Program-made: the position numbers and the translations under genes
Shown here: piece by piece, positions 40,823-51,594 of the stretch
How positions within the stretch are numbered: position 1 is the stretch's first letter
Layout: each line of letters starts with the position of its first letter
IMG/VR virus record: IMGVR_UViG_3300027896_005002
Location: 1 to 64,000 of that record
Direction: 5' to 3' (one strand)
DNA length: 64,000 nucleotides
Notes under the pieces: model-generated
Database searches by the model: none
Told to the model about the DNA's origin: nothing
What the model saw: only the letters and a program-made list of their open reading frames with translations

Positions 40823-41208
40823 TTTTTCTTATCCTTTGTTACTGATTTTTTATACCAGTCTATTAATCTTTCCCTTACATTTTCAAAACTACCTAAATGA
40901 AAGTTCTCAACCTCCTTACCATATTTCCATAAACTACCTACTAAAAATGATTTTTTAGCATCCCAAGAAATTACAGCATTAGCATATTTACCAATTATAT
41001 AAATAGGAGCACTTTGTGTCTTAAATAATTTTATAGCTTCATCAACAGCTTTTACATTTGATAACAACCAACCATTACGAACTATACCATTGTCGGTAAC
41101 ATAATTCATATGTTTAACAGCAAATTTCATCTTAAGCATTAAATTAGTTTGATCAAATAATGCAGCAACAGGAATTCTTGATCCTTTTTTAATTGACTTC
41201 ATTTGCAT
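40819..41208 (-). CDS. Hypothetical protein
   Basis: Coupled ORF within the operon. Confidence 0.55.
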   Translation of the reverse strand: MQMKSIKKGSRIPVAALFDQTNLMLKMKFAVKHMNYVTDNGIVRNGWLLSNVKAVDEAIKLFKTQSAPIYIIGKYANAVISWDAKKSFLVGSLWKYGKEVENFHLGSFENVRERLIDWYKKSVTKDKKK

Positions 41209-41390
41209 TGTTCCAAAAGAATGATATCTTTTTTCCTTATTGTTATTTTATGACCTCTAATATCTCTAACCGTTATAAATCTTCTAAAACTAAATATACT
41301 TTTAAACTGTTTTTCTACTTTTTTAAATTCACCATCATTAACAATAATGCCAATAGCATTATTTAATTGTATTATATTTTGATTATGCAT
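41199..41390 (-). CDS. Hypothetical protein
   Basis: Coupled ORF within the operon. Confidence 0.45.
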   Translation of the reverse strand: MHNQNIIQLNNAIGIIVNDGEFKKVEKQFKSIFSFRRFITVRDIRGHKITIRKKDIILLEQCK

Positions 41391-42006
41391 TTAACACAGT
41401 TTTAATTTCAGAAGCAATTTGGTTTATATATCCTTCTCGTTCATTCATTGGCATATATGTAAAAATATAACTCGTATGAAATGCACTAACAATAGGTTTA
41501 TTAAGTTTCAATCTTTTTATTGCAACTTTTGCTGCTTTACCAAATGTAACTATTAATTTTATATTTTGCATTAATGCAATTCTTTTTGCTAAATACGACA
41601 AACAATTATCAATTTCATCTATTGTTGGTCGTCGATATTCTGGAGGACTACAACATACTGCATTAAAATGTTGTATATCTTCCCATCCTACATTTGCACG
41701 ACCGTAAATCTCCATCAATAATTTTCCAACTCTTGCAATATTTTGTATCCTATTGTCATATATATCGTGAAATTGTTCTAATTTTTCAATGTAAACTTCA
41801 CCTTTATGTGGCTTATATACACCCGGTGCTTCAGCAATAGAACATATTCTAGCATTAAGATAATGATTAAAATCAAATCCTAAAACTGGACAATTATGAA
41901 TTCTTTTTTGTCGTAAAGTAAACAATTCCTCACATTTATTACAATTAAAGATTTCTTTTTCAAGATCATTTATTCTTTGCTTTAATAATGAATGTTTCAT
42001 TCCCAA
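41383..42006 (-). CDS. Uracil-DNA glycosylase-like protein (family 4/5, Fe-S type)
   Basis: CNKC..L...R, AEAPG, NAVCCSPP..RRPT.DEI.NC, IVTFGKAA, FHTSY. Confidence 0.8.
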   Translation of the reverse strand: MGMKHSLLKQRINDLEKEIFNCNKCEELFTLRQKRIHNCPVLGFDFNHYLNARICSIAEAPGVYKPHKGEVYIEKLEQFHDIYDNRIQNIARVGKLLMEIYGRANVGWEDIQHFNAVCCSPPEYRRPTIDEIDNCLSYLAKRIALMQNIKLIVTFGKAAKVAIKRLKLNKPIVSAFHTSYIFTYMPMNEREGYINQIASEIKTVLNA

Positions 42007-42191
42007 ACACTTGCAGCATCAGCTAAGCCATCCGGTCGAGTATCATCATTTTCATCTTCAACCGGTTGTGTATATTTACATTTAGGATAATTCGTACAAC
42101 CTAAAAATCGTTTATTTTCTCTATTTTTTCGTTTAATTAATCTACCATCACATCTAGGACAGTCCCAAATTGTAATATCATCATCTTTCAT
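41997..42191 (-). CDS. Stand-alone topoisomerase-type C4 zinc ribbon
   Basis: CPRCDGRLIKR...FLGCTNYPKCKYT. Confidence 0.8.
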   Translation of the reverse strand: MKDDDITIWDCPRCDGRLIKRKNRENKRFLGCTNYPKCKYTQPVEDENDDTRPDGLADAASVWE

Positions 42192-43258
42192 AAAAATATC
42201 GGCCTTTTTTGAATATTACTATTAAGAAACACATTTATATGATCATATCTGTCACAATATTTACACTGCTCAAAGCATTTACTACAATTCAAAAATTTGT
42301 TAACAATATCATAATATTTTTTACTACTATAAATATTACTTAACTTACTTTCTTTAACATTGCCAATTACAAAATCTAATTGTTGTTTGTCCATTGAAAA
42401 AACAGGTTCATACATATAACAACAAGGAAATACATTACCATCTGCAGCTATTAGTCCAAATAATTGAGGAGCAAAACAAGATTTATAATCTATATAATAA
42501 TTTGAAACAAAATGTTTTCTAACGTTACTTTTATCAATTTCTCCGCCATAAATCATTAAATCTTCGAAAATTTTAAGTATTTTAGTTTCTATTGTTTTAG
42601 ACTTTTCATCATTTCTATTTTTTTGTAAATGTGAAATTATTTCTCTCGATAACCATAAGAAAATAGGTACTTGAAAATTGTTTATCCTTAAAAACGATAT
42701 TAGATTTTTAGAAAAATTGTCTATGTTGTACTCATGAATTGTTATATTAATTCTAGTTTCACAATGTGACATTTTATTTTTTTCAAGTAATATTCTTAAA
42801 TTTTCTGTCCATTCATCAAATAAATCAACTCCACGAGTTTCTGCATAATTTTCTCTAGTAAAACCATCAGATGAAAAACGGATCCAATTACAATTTCTTG
42901 ATAATGATGTCCAATCAATATTTGGTTTTCCTAATCCAGAAGTTATTATACCAATATAGTAACCATCAGCTTTTAACTTTTCAATAATTTTTTCAATATC
43001 TTTATGTAATAACGGTTCACCTCCTGAAAAAACTATAGTTTGTAAAGTAGGAAAATTTTTCAATTCATTTAAAACATTTTGTTCTAAAACATCAGTATTA
43101 AGTTTTGTCTTTACGGGCCATTTCCAATGCTCACAACCTTTACATTTACAAACACAAAAATCAGTTAAATTAATTTGCAATGTAACCAAACACTGTTCAG
43201 GAGATGATTTAACTTTATATGCAAATGGTAATAATTTCTCATCAACAGAAAATTTCAT
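42188..43258 (-). CDS. Radical SAM / SPASM-Twitch domain protein
   Basis: CxxxCxxC (CVCKCKGC), FSGGEPLL, CFAP...IAADGNVFPCC...IGNV...CKYC. Confidence 0.9.
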   Translation of the reverse strand: MKFSVDEKLLPFAYKVKSSPEQCLVTLQINLTDFCVCKCKGCEHWKWPVKTKLNTDVLEQNVLNELKNFPTLQTIVFSGGEPLLHKDIEKIIEKLKADGYYIGIITSGLGKPNIDWTSLSRNCNWIRFSSDGFTRENYAETRGVDLFDEWTENLRILLEKNKMSHCETRINITIHEYNIDNFSKNLISFLRINNFQVPIFLWLSREIISHLQKNRNDEKSKTIETKILKIFEDLMIYGGEIDKSNVRKHFVSNYYIDYKSCFAPQLFGLIAADGNVFPCCYMYEPVFSMDKQQLDFVIGNVKESKLSNIYSSKKYYDIVNKFLNCSKCFEQCKYCDRYDHINVFLNSNIQKRPIFL

Positions 43259-43809
43259 AATAACACCTTAAAATTAAATTTATCATTTAAAAATTTTCTT
43301 GATATATCAATCACATCTTTAATACTATGTGATCCTGAATCTATACTAATAGATTTTATTTTTGTTTTTAAAAAAATACGATTAAAATGTGATGTTAATT
43401 CATCATAATCATCCTGACTATAAACATTGTTTTTATCTTTTTTTCGTGCCAATAAATATTTATAATCGCAATATAAATATATTAATGCAACTTTATATCG
43501 TGATAATTTATCATCAATCATTTCAAATCTTCTCATTGCTTTGTCTTTAGTAATACGATTAAATGCTTGACTATAAGCATATTCAGATAAATGCAAACGA
43601 TCAAATAAGATATTATAATCTCTTGACATGAATTGAGCAAACCATGCAATAGAACAGTTATTGCCTAATGCAAAATCTGATATATTTGCTATCCGGGCAT
43701 TTGCAAATTCGGGAAATAATCGTTTACTTGCGAAGAGGTCAAAGTGCTTGAAACTATTTGCTAGCGTAGATTTACCTGTATCGTGCAGACCTTCTATAAT
43801 CACAAACAT
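43255..43809 (-). CDS. P-loop nucleoside monophosphate kinase (thymidylate-kinase-like)
   Basis: IIEGLHDTGKSTL and FDRLHLSEYAY. Confidence 0.8.
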   Translation of the reverse strand: MFVIIEGLHDTGKSTLANSFKHFDLFASKRLFPEFANARIANISDFALGNNCSIAWFAQFMSRDYNILFDRLHLSEYAYSQAFNRITKDKAMRRFEMIDDKLSRYKVALIYLYCDYKYLLARKKDKNNVYSQDDYDELTSHFNRIFLKTKIKSISIDSGSHSIKDVIDISRKFLNDKFNFKVLL

Positions 43810-43843
43810 GATAGTATTAATTTACCATTTTTTTCATTGAATT

Positions 43844-45007
43844 TTATTCGATATCTATTTCTAACAAATCAACAACATTATCTGAATTTAAATCAATTGT
43901 TGATCCTGTTGTTTTATACATTTCAGACATAAAATTCAAATATGGATCATATCGTAAAATCCTAGATTTATCCGCATCAAATATTAACATTGTATCATCT
44001 ACTCGTCCAGGTTTTAATACCGTAATAGTTTTAGCAATATAATTTGAATCACCTGTATTTTCAAACGACGAATTAACTCTCAAAATTTTAATTCCATCAT
44101 TCAAATAAAGATAATTATTTGCAAGTTTAACCATTCCTAAATATGTAGTATCAGGCACACCTGCTATTACTTGATTTTCAAACATCGAAAAAGAATCTGT
44201 ACCTTCAACTGTTTTTAATATATTTTTAGATTTGCCACAAATAAAAAAGCTATCTACATTATATCCTCTAACAAATCCTGTTGGCATTAATTCATTGCCA
44301 TTATCCATAAGAGGTAAACTTACTTTTTTACTTACAAGATTTGTAGATATTCGTTCAATTTTAATATTTCCACTAGTCGTTAATCCCAATATATATATAT
44401 CATGCGTTATGTCATCGTTGTACAAATAATATGGTTTATGTGTTAATACAGCTGATGTACTATATAAAGTACCACTACCAACAATTGTAATATCAATTGG
44501 TATATTACTCAAAGCATTTTGATAAGTCGTTGCAACTTTAATTAAGTTTGTTGAAACAGCAATAGTATAATATGTAGTATTAACTATTAAAGGTCTTGGC
44601 ATTCTGTCAATGCCAGGATGTTTTAAATTAAATTTTATTGTATCACCTGTATGATAAATATGAGGCGTACCGTCAGTTACAATGTCATCTGTATGATTTG
44701 TTATAGTAATATTATTATCTATATTTGCAGTAACAATATTCATTTTTTGTTGTGTTATATCTGGAAATTGTCCTAAATAAGATAAATTTGAGCCTAATTT
44801 AACAATTCTATTATTATTATAATCGCATAAAAATATAAATTGATTGTCTGAATCAGCAACAACTGATGACGGAAATCGTAATGTGCCTGGCACACCATAC
44901 ACACCATAACTTGTACCGTCATAATGTGATATTGAATTATTTGAATCCAATCTTTTTACAATATGTTTATCTGTACATTGAACAACGTAGGTTTTGAAGT
45001 CACTCAT
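43844..45007 (-). CDS. NHL-like beta-propeller protein (paralog 1) with inserted beta domain
   Basis: Shared N-motif QCTDKHIVKRLD...YGVPG..LRFP...CDYNNNRIVKL and shared C-motif ILRYD..LNF. Confidence 0.7.
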   Translation of the reverse strand: MSDFKTYVVQCTDKHIVKRLDSNNSISHYDGTSYGVYGVPGTLRFPSSVVADSDNQFIFLCDYNNNRIVKLGSNLSYLGQFPDITQQKMNIVTANIDNNITITNHTDDIVTDGTPHIYHTGDTIKFNLKHPGIDRMPRPLIVNTTYYTIAVSTNLIKVATTYQNALSNIPIDITIVGSGTLYSTSAVLTHKPYYLYNDDITHDIYILGLTTSGNIKIERISTNLVSKKVSLPLMDNGNELMPTGFVRGYNVDSFFICGKSKNILKTVEGTDSFSMFENQVIAGVPDTTYLGMVKLANNYLYLNDGIKILRVNSSFENTGDSNYIAKTITVLKPGRVDDTMLIFDADKSRILRYDPYLNFMSEMYKTTGSTIDLNSDNVVDLLEIDIE

Positions 45008-45015
45008 ATATATCC

Positions 45016-46899
45016 TTAACTAAAATTTTTTTCTAACAATCCAGAAACATATTTTAAATCTGTAGTTATTGTGCTTCCAGAATCTGTAAATACAGTTTCA
45101 ATAAAATTCAGATTCAAATCATATCTTAAAATTGACATTGTTTCTACATTATATATTAATAAACTATCACCTAATCCAATTGATAATCCATATAATGTCT
45201 TTGAAATAAAATCAGAATAATTAATAATTGTCAAATCTGAACCTTTAATAACAGCTTTTGCTAATCTTTCACCAGTATTCAAAAATATAGCTTGTTGATC
45301 ACTCATCATAACCATTCCTACATATCTTTTTGGCACTTTATCAAATGGTGCAACGATAAGTTGTTTTTCAACAGCTTGAGAAAATGGTGATCCGTTCTCT
45401 AATACACTGTATAAAGTATTTCTTATTCCACAAATTAAAATCTCATTAAAATCGAGCCCTCTACAAAACCAAAATGGTTTGAAATTAAAATTACTTAATT
45501 GACCAAAAAGATTATTAGAATAACCTTGATCAGTCAATGATGTTGATAATTTTTGTATACCAACATACATAAATAAATCTCTACCAGAAATTGTTACAAA
45601 ATTTATTCCCAATACATAAAGAAAGACATTTAATTCATCATAAAATATAGCACATGGTTTACCAATAGTATTACTCGTATTGTATTGATTTGAAAATCGT
45701 AAAAACTCATCCAATTTGATAACTCTTGAATTCTCATAATCACAAACATAAATTTGATTACCGACATCCATAGTAATATTTTGAGGAAAATTTAATCCTG
45801 TTAATCCACTACCGGGTGTCCCAAATATTCCAAAAAAAGCATTATCATATATTGCAGGTACAGGATTTGTCGTATCAAATCGTTTTACTACATGCTTTTT
45901 AGTTTGTTGTACAATAAATAATTTATTTCCAGTAAGAGGTACTGGTGTATAAACACCATTAAGAGCGCCTATTGTTGTTATGCCTAATGTACGGACATCA
46001 CCATTAAAATCATCAATAGGAACATCATTATCAATATTATGACCAATTGCATTAAAAAAACATGGACTATTATCAATTGGATTAAATAATGCTGCTGCTG
46101 GATTTTCAAGTAAAGGATTTAAAAATCTCAAATTATGAGAACCAATATATGCACTGACATTACTAAAATCAGTTCCTCCATGTGGCGCAAAAGTAATGTT
46201 ATAATCAATTGACAATCCACCACCACCAACATTACCATCAGAATTAATACATGTATCATTTTGGCTCGAAAATATATTATTTAATATTTTACCTTGATGA
46301 ATATTAATTAAATTTATACCAGTTTGACCAGTATATAGAGTATTACTAACTATAACAATATTCGTGACGCCTGAACCTTCTCGTGTTTCTATAAAATTCG
46401 TTAATGCATCAAATTGTCCAGTATTAGTAAAAATACTATTAATTACTTTTAATGAAATAGAGCCTTGTGAATATCGATCGAGTACAGATGCATGATCAAA
46501 ATAACATTGTTCTACAAAAATTGATGTTTGATGATATGCAGCAATTACATTAGTATAATAACCGGCACCAGTAATTTTAAGTTGATATAAATAGACAGAC
46601 CCTGGTGATCCAGATCTATCAAAAGCAATAGATACTAATTCAGTATCATCTCGTAATGGAATATGCCATGTCGGTTTATTTATATTACTTGGCCATGATT
46701 GTATAGTTAATGAAAATGGAACTAATAAAAAATTACCTAATTCAGGTTCCATAATAATACCATTGTCTACTACATCAATTGTATCATCATTTGCAAGTCC
46801 TGGTATTCCTGCTATAAGACCAGTCAAAGAATGATATCCTTCATTAGGAATTAAACCTGTTTGCGTTGTAGACCCAGCATTCAAAAAATAAGTTGTCAT
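45016..46899 (-). CDS. Beta-helix + NHL-like beta-propeller protein (paralog 2)
   Basis: N-half resembles a parallel beta-helix (ILNNIF, IDYN, DFNGDVR...IGA); C-half is the shared propeller. Confidence 0.7.
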   Translation of the reverse strand: MTTYFLNAGSTTQTGLIPNEGYHSLTGLIAGIPGLANDDTIDVVDNGIIMEPELGNFLLVPFSLTIQSWPSNINKPTWHIPLRDDTELVSIAFDRSGSPGSVYLYQLKITGAGYYTNVIAAYHQTSIFVEQCYFDHASVLDRYSQGSISLKVINSIFTNTGQFDALTNFIETREGSGVTNIVIVSNTLYTGQTGINLINIHQGKILNNIFSSQNDTCINSDGNVGGGGLSIDYNITFAPHGGTDFSNVSAYIGSHNLRFLNPLLENPAAALFNPIDNSPCFFNAIGHNIDNDVPIDDFNGDVRTLGITTIGALNGVYTPVPLTGNKLFIVQQTKKHVVKRFDTTNPVPAIYDNAFFGIFGTPGSGLTGLNFPQNITMDVGNQIYVCDYENSRVIKLDEFLRFSNQYNTSNTIGKPCAIFYDELNVFLYVLGINFVTISGRDLFMYVGIQKLSTSLTDQGYSNNLFGQLSNFNFKPFWFCRGLDFNEILICGIRNTLYSVLENGSPFSQAVEKQLIVAPFDKVPKRYVGMVMMSDQQAIFLNTGERLAKAVIKGSDLTIINYSDFISKTLYGLSIGLGDSLLIYNVETMSILRYDLNLNFIETVFTDSGSTITTDLKYVSGLLEKNFS

Positions 46900-46907
46900 T
46901 TTATTCC

Positions 46908-49493
46908 TTATAAAGTATTGGTTTCTGCTATGTCTTCAACATCATAAGCATCAGTACCAATAGTTCCATCAGTATTTGAATAAACAATATTAACAAAATT
47001 TAAATTTGTATCATATTTTACTATTTTTTGTTTATCAGCATCATAAAGCATGAGTGTTTCATCTAGTTCACTTAATTTTAATCCTATTAATGTCTTTGTT
47101 ATAAAATTTGTGCGACCAATACGTTCAAATGATGAATTAACTTTTATAACACTTTTACCATCATTAAGATATAAAAATCCTTCATCAGAAACAATACCTT
47201 TATATAAAACTTGAGATTCACCAACATCACATATTATATTTTTTCTAACAAATAATGAAAAACTATTATCAGATTCTACAGTTTGATACAATGCTAAATT
47301 TACACCAGATATTAAAATACTATTAGCATCAAATCCCAAACATATACCGGTTGGATAATGTATTACATCACCAGGATTATTTAAATTTCCACTAACTTTT
47401 AAACTACTTAATGATGTAGATAACTTTTCTATTCTAATTTGATATGCATAATTAGATGTAAAAAAAACACCGACAACATATAATGAATTATTATTGTCAT
47501 CATACATAATTACCACTGGATTGCCAATTGTAGAAATTGTACTATATTTACTAACAAAATTTAATGTAGAATTTAATTTAACAATTCTATTATTAACTGT
47601 GTCACATACATAAATATTATTATCACCATCAATTGTAATACCATTTGGATAATTTAACATTGAATCTGTCGTTCCAGGCGTTTGATATACTCCAAATTCA
47701 TGTCCATCATATATTGCAGGTATTATAGAAGAATCTAAACTCTTTATAATATGACGTTTTGTTCGTTGTGTTAAATACATTTTAATAGTTGGTAAAACTG
47801 TAAAATCTACTGCACCTATTCCTATACGAACAGAATTCCATAAGCCTTGTTCATATTCTGTATAAGGAGGATTTCCGGGTTGTGTAGGTGTCAATGTTCC
47901 CACTGCTAATATAGAATTAGAAAAATTTGATCTACTACCATCCCATATAGGAGGAGGAGGTTGAATCCATCCAACTTGACAGTTAGTTAAAGTAGGTCTT
48001 ACAAGAGGCGCTACAGACATTGCACTATTTTTAAATATACCATCATCGACGTTTGCAGTTGATCCAAGTAAACAATCTATAAAAGTTGATTGCTTGTTAA
48101 AATAGACTGCACCAATACCAATTCTATTTGATCCCCATAAACCTTTTTCATATCCTACATAAGGTGCAATTCCGGGTTGTGGGGGACTTTCAGTACCCAA
48201 AGAAAGTATAGAATTATAAAATCCCTGTTTATCACCATCCCATTGCGGAACGGTAGGTTGAGTCCATCCTACTTGACATTCATCTACTAATCCACCTATT
48301 TGAGGAGTGTCAGCCATAGCACATCTTACAAAATTACCATTGTCAACATCTACAACAGATCCAAGTAAGCAATCTACAAACACTGATGGTGCTAAAACAT
48401 TTATATATCTATTCTTTAAAAGTTCAACATATCTCACTCTTAACATCACATTAAATTTTCCTGAATTATAATAATCGTGAGAAGGATTCTCGTCTGCTGA
48501 ATGACCTCCATCACCAAAATCCCAATAATAATCTAAAGAAAAACCCAATGGATTAGACACAATATGTAAAAAATCTACATGAAGCGGGTGAAATCCTACT
48601 CTGGGAGACGCAGAAAAATCACTCTGCACCATCACCATCCATGACCTTCCTAATAAAACATCTAAAAACTTATTTGACGGTGATGCATTGACGTCAGAAA
48701 TGCCAACCTTTACAAAGATACTCAAATCAAAGTTCCATATATACAAATCTGTCCCTACTCCTACATACAATATTCCATAATCATTATCTAAATATATGCT
48801 ATTAATGTTTCCTGGAATAGACCCTAAAGTAGAAGTTACTCCATTATACATATATAAGATAGTGTTTCCTGAACCATCGGGAGCATAAAAATATACTATC
48901 TCTCCTGTAGTTGTATATCCACCTACTCCTCTTCCCACATAATCAGTTTCCACAAACTCACTGGTTAATGAGTTCCATTTCGCAAAATATCCTATATCTG
49001 GATTAGATATTCTAGTTCCACAAGCATACATATTAGAAGGCGTATTAAAAATTTTAATGCTTTGTATTTCATAAGGAAAAGAAAAAAGTTGAACAGAATC
49101 AGTCATATCAAAAAAACCATAAAAATTAGCGGTATAAATATGACCGTTAAAATACGTTATAGATTCATACCCGCCTGTATAGAATGGAATACCTCTCCAA
49201 GCCAACCATCCTTCCTCTTCAGTCCAAGTATGTACAGCATTAAAAGTCCCACATATATATATTTTTGTTCCATCTGTAGTTAAATCAAGAAAGGCATCAA
49301 TTGAACCCGACATTTGAGAAGATGCAAACCAATTAAAAAGATCCGAAGTATAATACAATATTTGCCCTGTATATCCAAAATCACCTCGATTCATGGCAAA
49401 TATCTTGCCTCCACAAATAGCATATCTACTATCTCCCCCAGAAGCAAGAAGATGAATTAATATTTGATTATAATTAAAATCAGGTGCTGACAT
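46908..49493 (-). CDS. Propeller + PKD + duplicated ~95-aa module + NHL-like propeller (paralog 3)
   Basis: YYWDFGDG...NPSHDY; two F.DCLLGS...CQVGW.QP...GLW...RIGIGAV.F repeats; C-terminal shared propeller. Confidence 0.7.
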   Translation of the reverse strand: MSAPDFNYNQILIHLLASGGDSRYAICGGKIFAMNRGDFGYTGQILYYTSDLFNWFASSQMSGSIDAFLDLTTDGTKIYICGTFNAVHTWTEEEGWLAWRGIPFYTGGYESITYFNGHIYTANFYGFFDMTDSVQLFSFPYEIQSIKIFNTPSNMYACGTRISNPDIGYFAKWNSLTSEFVETDYVGRGVGGYTTTGEIVYFYAPDGSGNTILYMYNGVTSTLGSIPGNINSIYLDNDYGILYVGVGTDLYIWNFDLSIFVKVGISDVNASPSNKFLDVLLGRSWMVMVQSDFSASPRVGFHPLHVDFLHIVSNPLGFSLDYYWDFGDGGHSADENPSHDYYNSGKFNVMLRVRYVELLKNRYINVLAPSVFVDCLLGSVVDVDNGNFVRCAMADTPQIGGLVDECQVGWTQPTVPQWDGDKQGFYNSILSLGTESPPQPGIAPYVGYEKGLWGSNRIGIGAVYFNKQSTFIDCLLGSTANVDDGIFKNSAMSVAPLVRPTLTNCQVGWIQPPPPIWDGSRSNFSNSILAVGTLTPTQPGNPPYTEYEQGLWNSVRIGIGAVDFTVLPTIKMYLTQRTKRHIIKSLDSSIIPAIYDGHEFGVYQTPGTTDSMLNYPNGITIDGDNNIYVCDTVNNRIVKLNSTLNFVSKYSTISTIGNPVVIMYDDNNNSLYVVGVFFTSNYAYQIRIEKLSTSLSSLKVSGNLNNPGDVIHYPTGICLGFDANSILISGVNLALYQTVESDNSFSLFVRKNIICDVGESQVLYKGIVSDEGFLYLNDGKSVIKVNSSFERIGRTNFITKTLIGLKLSELDETLMLYDADKQKIVKYDTNLNFVNIVYSNTDGTIGTDAYDVEDIAETNTL

Positions 49494-51437
49494 TTATTCC
49501 TCTGTAATATAAAGATGTCCATAAACAGTTAATCCTTTTCCCACTATTCCACTAACATCTATATTAGTAGCTATCAATACTACATCCTTACATTCATACA
49601 TTCTATGTATATCTCCTCTTGTATATAGTATAGCATCTTTTATCCTTGAATCAGTGTTATCAAAAGTATCTTCAGGCACCAAACGTAAGTCCCCGACACC
49701 TATATTCCCTATTCTCCAATTTCCATTTATATCTGGCATTTGACTTTGCCAGTGATTACTATAAATTCCAAGTATCTCTTCTACATCCGTATTTAACGTT
49801 CTTATTCCTTTAATACTAAAATAATTTTCTATCTGATTAGAAGAAGAATATACCTTTAACTCATCATATGTAAATTGATCATTAAATGTTCCTAAATGTC
49901 CCGATCCTGTATAAGAATTATCTATTGTTGCATAAAGACATGTAAAATTAAATAATGTTTCAACAATATTACTTGGTATATAATTAGTCTTATATGCTTT
50001 TGCACGAAGTGTTACTCCATCTAAAGCTATATAGAAAGGATTTACATAAAGTAAAGAAGAAGGAGAAGGTTCTGTACCATCAAGAGTATATCTTATAGAA
50101 ACCCCAGGAGTAGAACATGATAATCTTACCAAAACTGGATTTGTAAAACTCCCTCCATTAGGATCAATTATAGGATCTTCACAAAATGGCGTTTGTGCAT
50201 CTATATAAGCAATTTTTGTATTTTCAACTATTCCCCATCCAGATATAGTAGCTCTTAGTACTACTGTATAAGTGTTAATCGCTGTATAAATATGAGATGG
50301 ATTTTGAGTACTGCCATGAGATGATCCATCTCCAAAATCCCAATCCCATACTGTTATCCTATCTGAAGGTTGGGTAAGGTCTGTAAAATTAACTGTCAAC
50401 GGAATGGGTCCTGAAACAGGGTCTCCACTAAAATCAGCTGCAGGTTCTAATACAGAAATATAATTTATTTTTATCTTAGAATGCGGCCCAGATTCATCTG
50501 TAACTATAAGTGATATAGTATACTGGTTTGGTACATTATATAAATGCGGCGGAGGGGTCTGTAAAGAACTATGCAATGATCCGTCTCCAAAATCCCAATC
50601 CCAACTTATTGGACTTGGCCATGTAGATAAATCAGTAAATTGTACAGTAGAACCTGCATACAATGATGTCGGGGTACCTGAAAAATCAGTTCTTATTGTA
50701 CTTTCATATTCAAAAATGTCCTCCTGTTGAGAATTTGCATAAAGAACTTCGGTTGGCGTAACACACATACCTAACCAATTATGGAATGGTTGTCCCAAAG
50801 CAACAAAATCTCCAATACCCGCTGTTCGTTTATAAACATCTCCTGCATAATCACTTATATAGACATCCCCATTAGAAAGATCAGATGCTATACCATAATA
50901 CCATAAAGGATGTCCATCTCGTATAAAAGGTAAACCCAGTGGAATAAAATCTCCAATACCCCCAGCTTGTACAAAAATATCATCTTCCCAAGAAGCTGCA
51001 TAAATATCACCATTTAAGGCGGAACCCATGCCTCTCCAAGCTCTCGTAGTCTGAGTCTGTTCTATCCAATCAACTCCAACTTGTTTAAATATTTTCCAAT
51101 CATTTATTGCTAAATATATATCACCATTAGGTGCGACTGTTACTGCAAATGCACCGCTATCTGAGTCTACATATATAAAATCACCAATACCTCCACTCCT
51201 TTTAAACAAACCATCACCATAGGACACTACATAAATATCCCCGGTATTCGGATTAGCAGCCATATTTGTCCAATTTAATTGTTGTTGATTTAAAGCAATA
51301 AAGTCACCGGATCCTCCTGCTTGTATATAAATATCTCCACCATTACCAATGCAAGCATAAACGTCACCATTAGGCGCAGCGGTCATCCCAGACCATCCTA
51401 AGGCTCCTTGATTTAATGCTACAAATTCATAAGGCAC
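49494..51437 (-). CDS. Beta-propeller + two PKD domains + Fn3-associated domain virion protein
   Basis: Repeats of NGD(V/I)YA...GGIGDF; two WDWDFGDGS motifs; IRYTLDGTEPS. Confidence 0.75.
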   Translation of the reverse strand: MPYEFVALNQGALGWSGMTAAPNGDVYACIGNGGDIYIQAGGSGDFIALNQQQLNWTNMAANPNTGDIYVVSYGDGLFKRSGGIGDFIYVDSDSGAFAVTVAPNGDIYLAINDWKIFKQVGVDWIEQTQTTRAWRGMGSALNGDIYAASWEDDIFVQAGGIGDFIPLGLPFIRDGHPLWYYGIASDLSNGDVYISDYAGDVYKRTAGIGDFVALGQPFHNWLGMCVTPTEVLYANSQQEDIFEYESTIRTDFSGTPTSLYAGSTVQFTDLSTWPSPISWDWDFGDGSLHSSLQTPPPHLYNVPNQYTISLIVTDESGPHSKIKINYISVLEPAADFSGDPVSGPIPLTVNFTDLTQPSDRITVWDWDFGDGSSHGSTQNPSHIYTAINTYTVVLRATISGWGIVENTKIAYIDAQTPFCEDPIIDPNGGSFTNPVLVRLSCSTPGVSIRYTLDGTEPSPSSLLYVNPFYIALDGVTLRAKAYKTNYIPSNIVETLFNFTCLYATIDNSYTGSGHLGTFNDQFTYDELKVYSSSNQIENYFSIKGIRTLNTDVEEILGIYSNHWQSQMPDINGNWRIGNIGVGDLRLVPEDTFDNTDSRIKDAILYTRGDIHRMYECKDVVLIATNIDVSGIVGKGLTVYGHLYITEE

Positions 51438-51594
51438 TGTAACCTCTATTCTGTTTAATTATTCTTTAAACATTATGTATTTTTATTATACAATATAAAA
51501 CTCATTTATATCATCTCATATAAATTCATTATAAAGATCACTGTTTTCGCACTTATTATCCAAATTAAAAACTACTTTTATATATCATTTGCTT

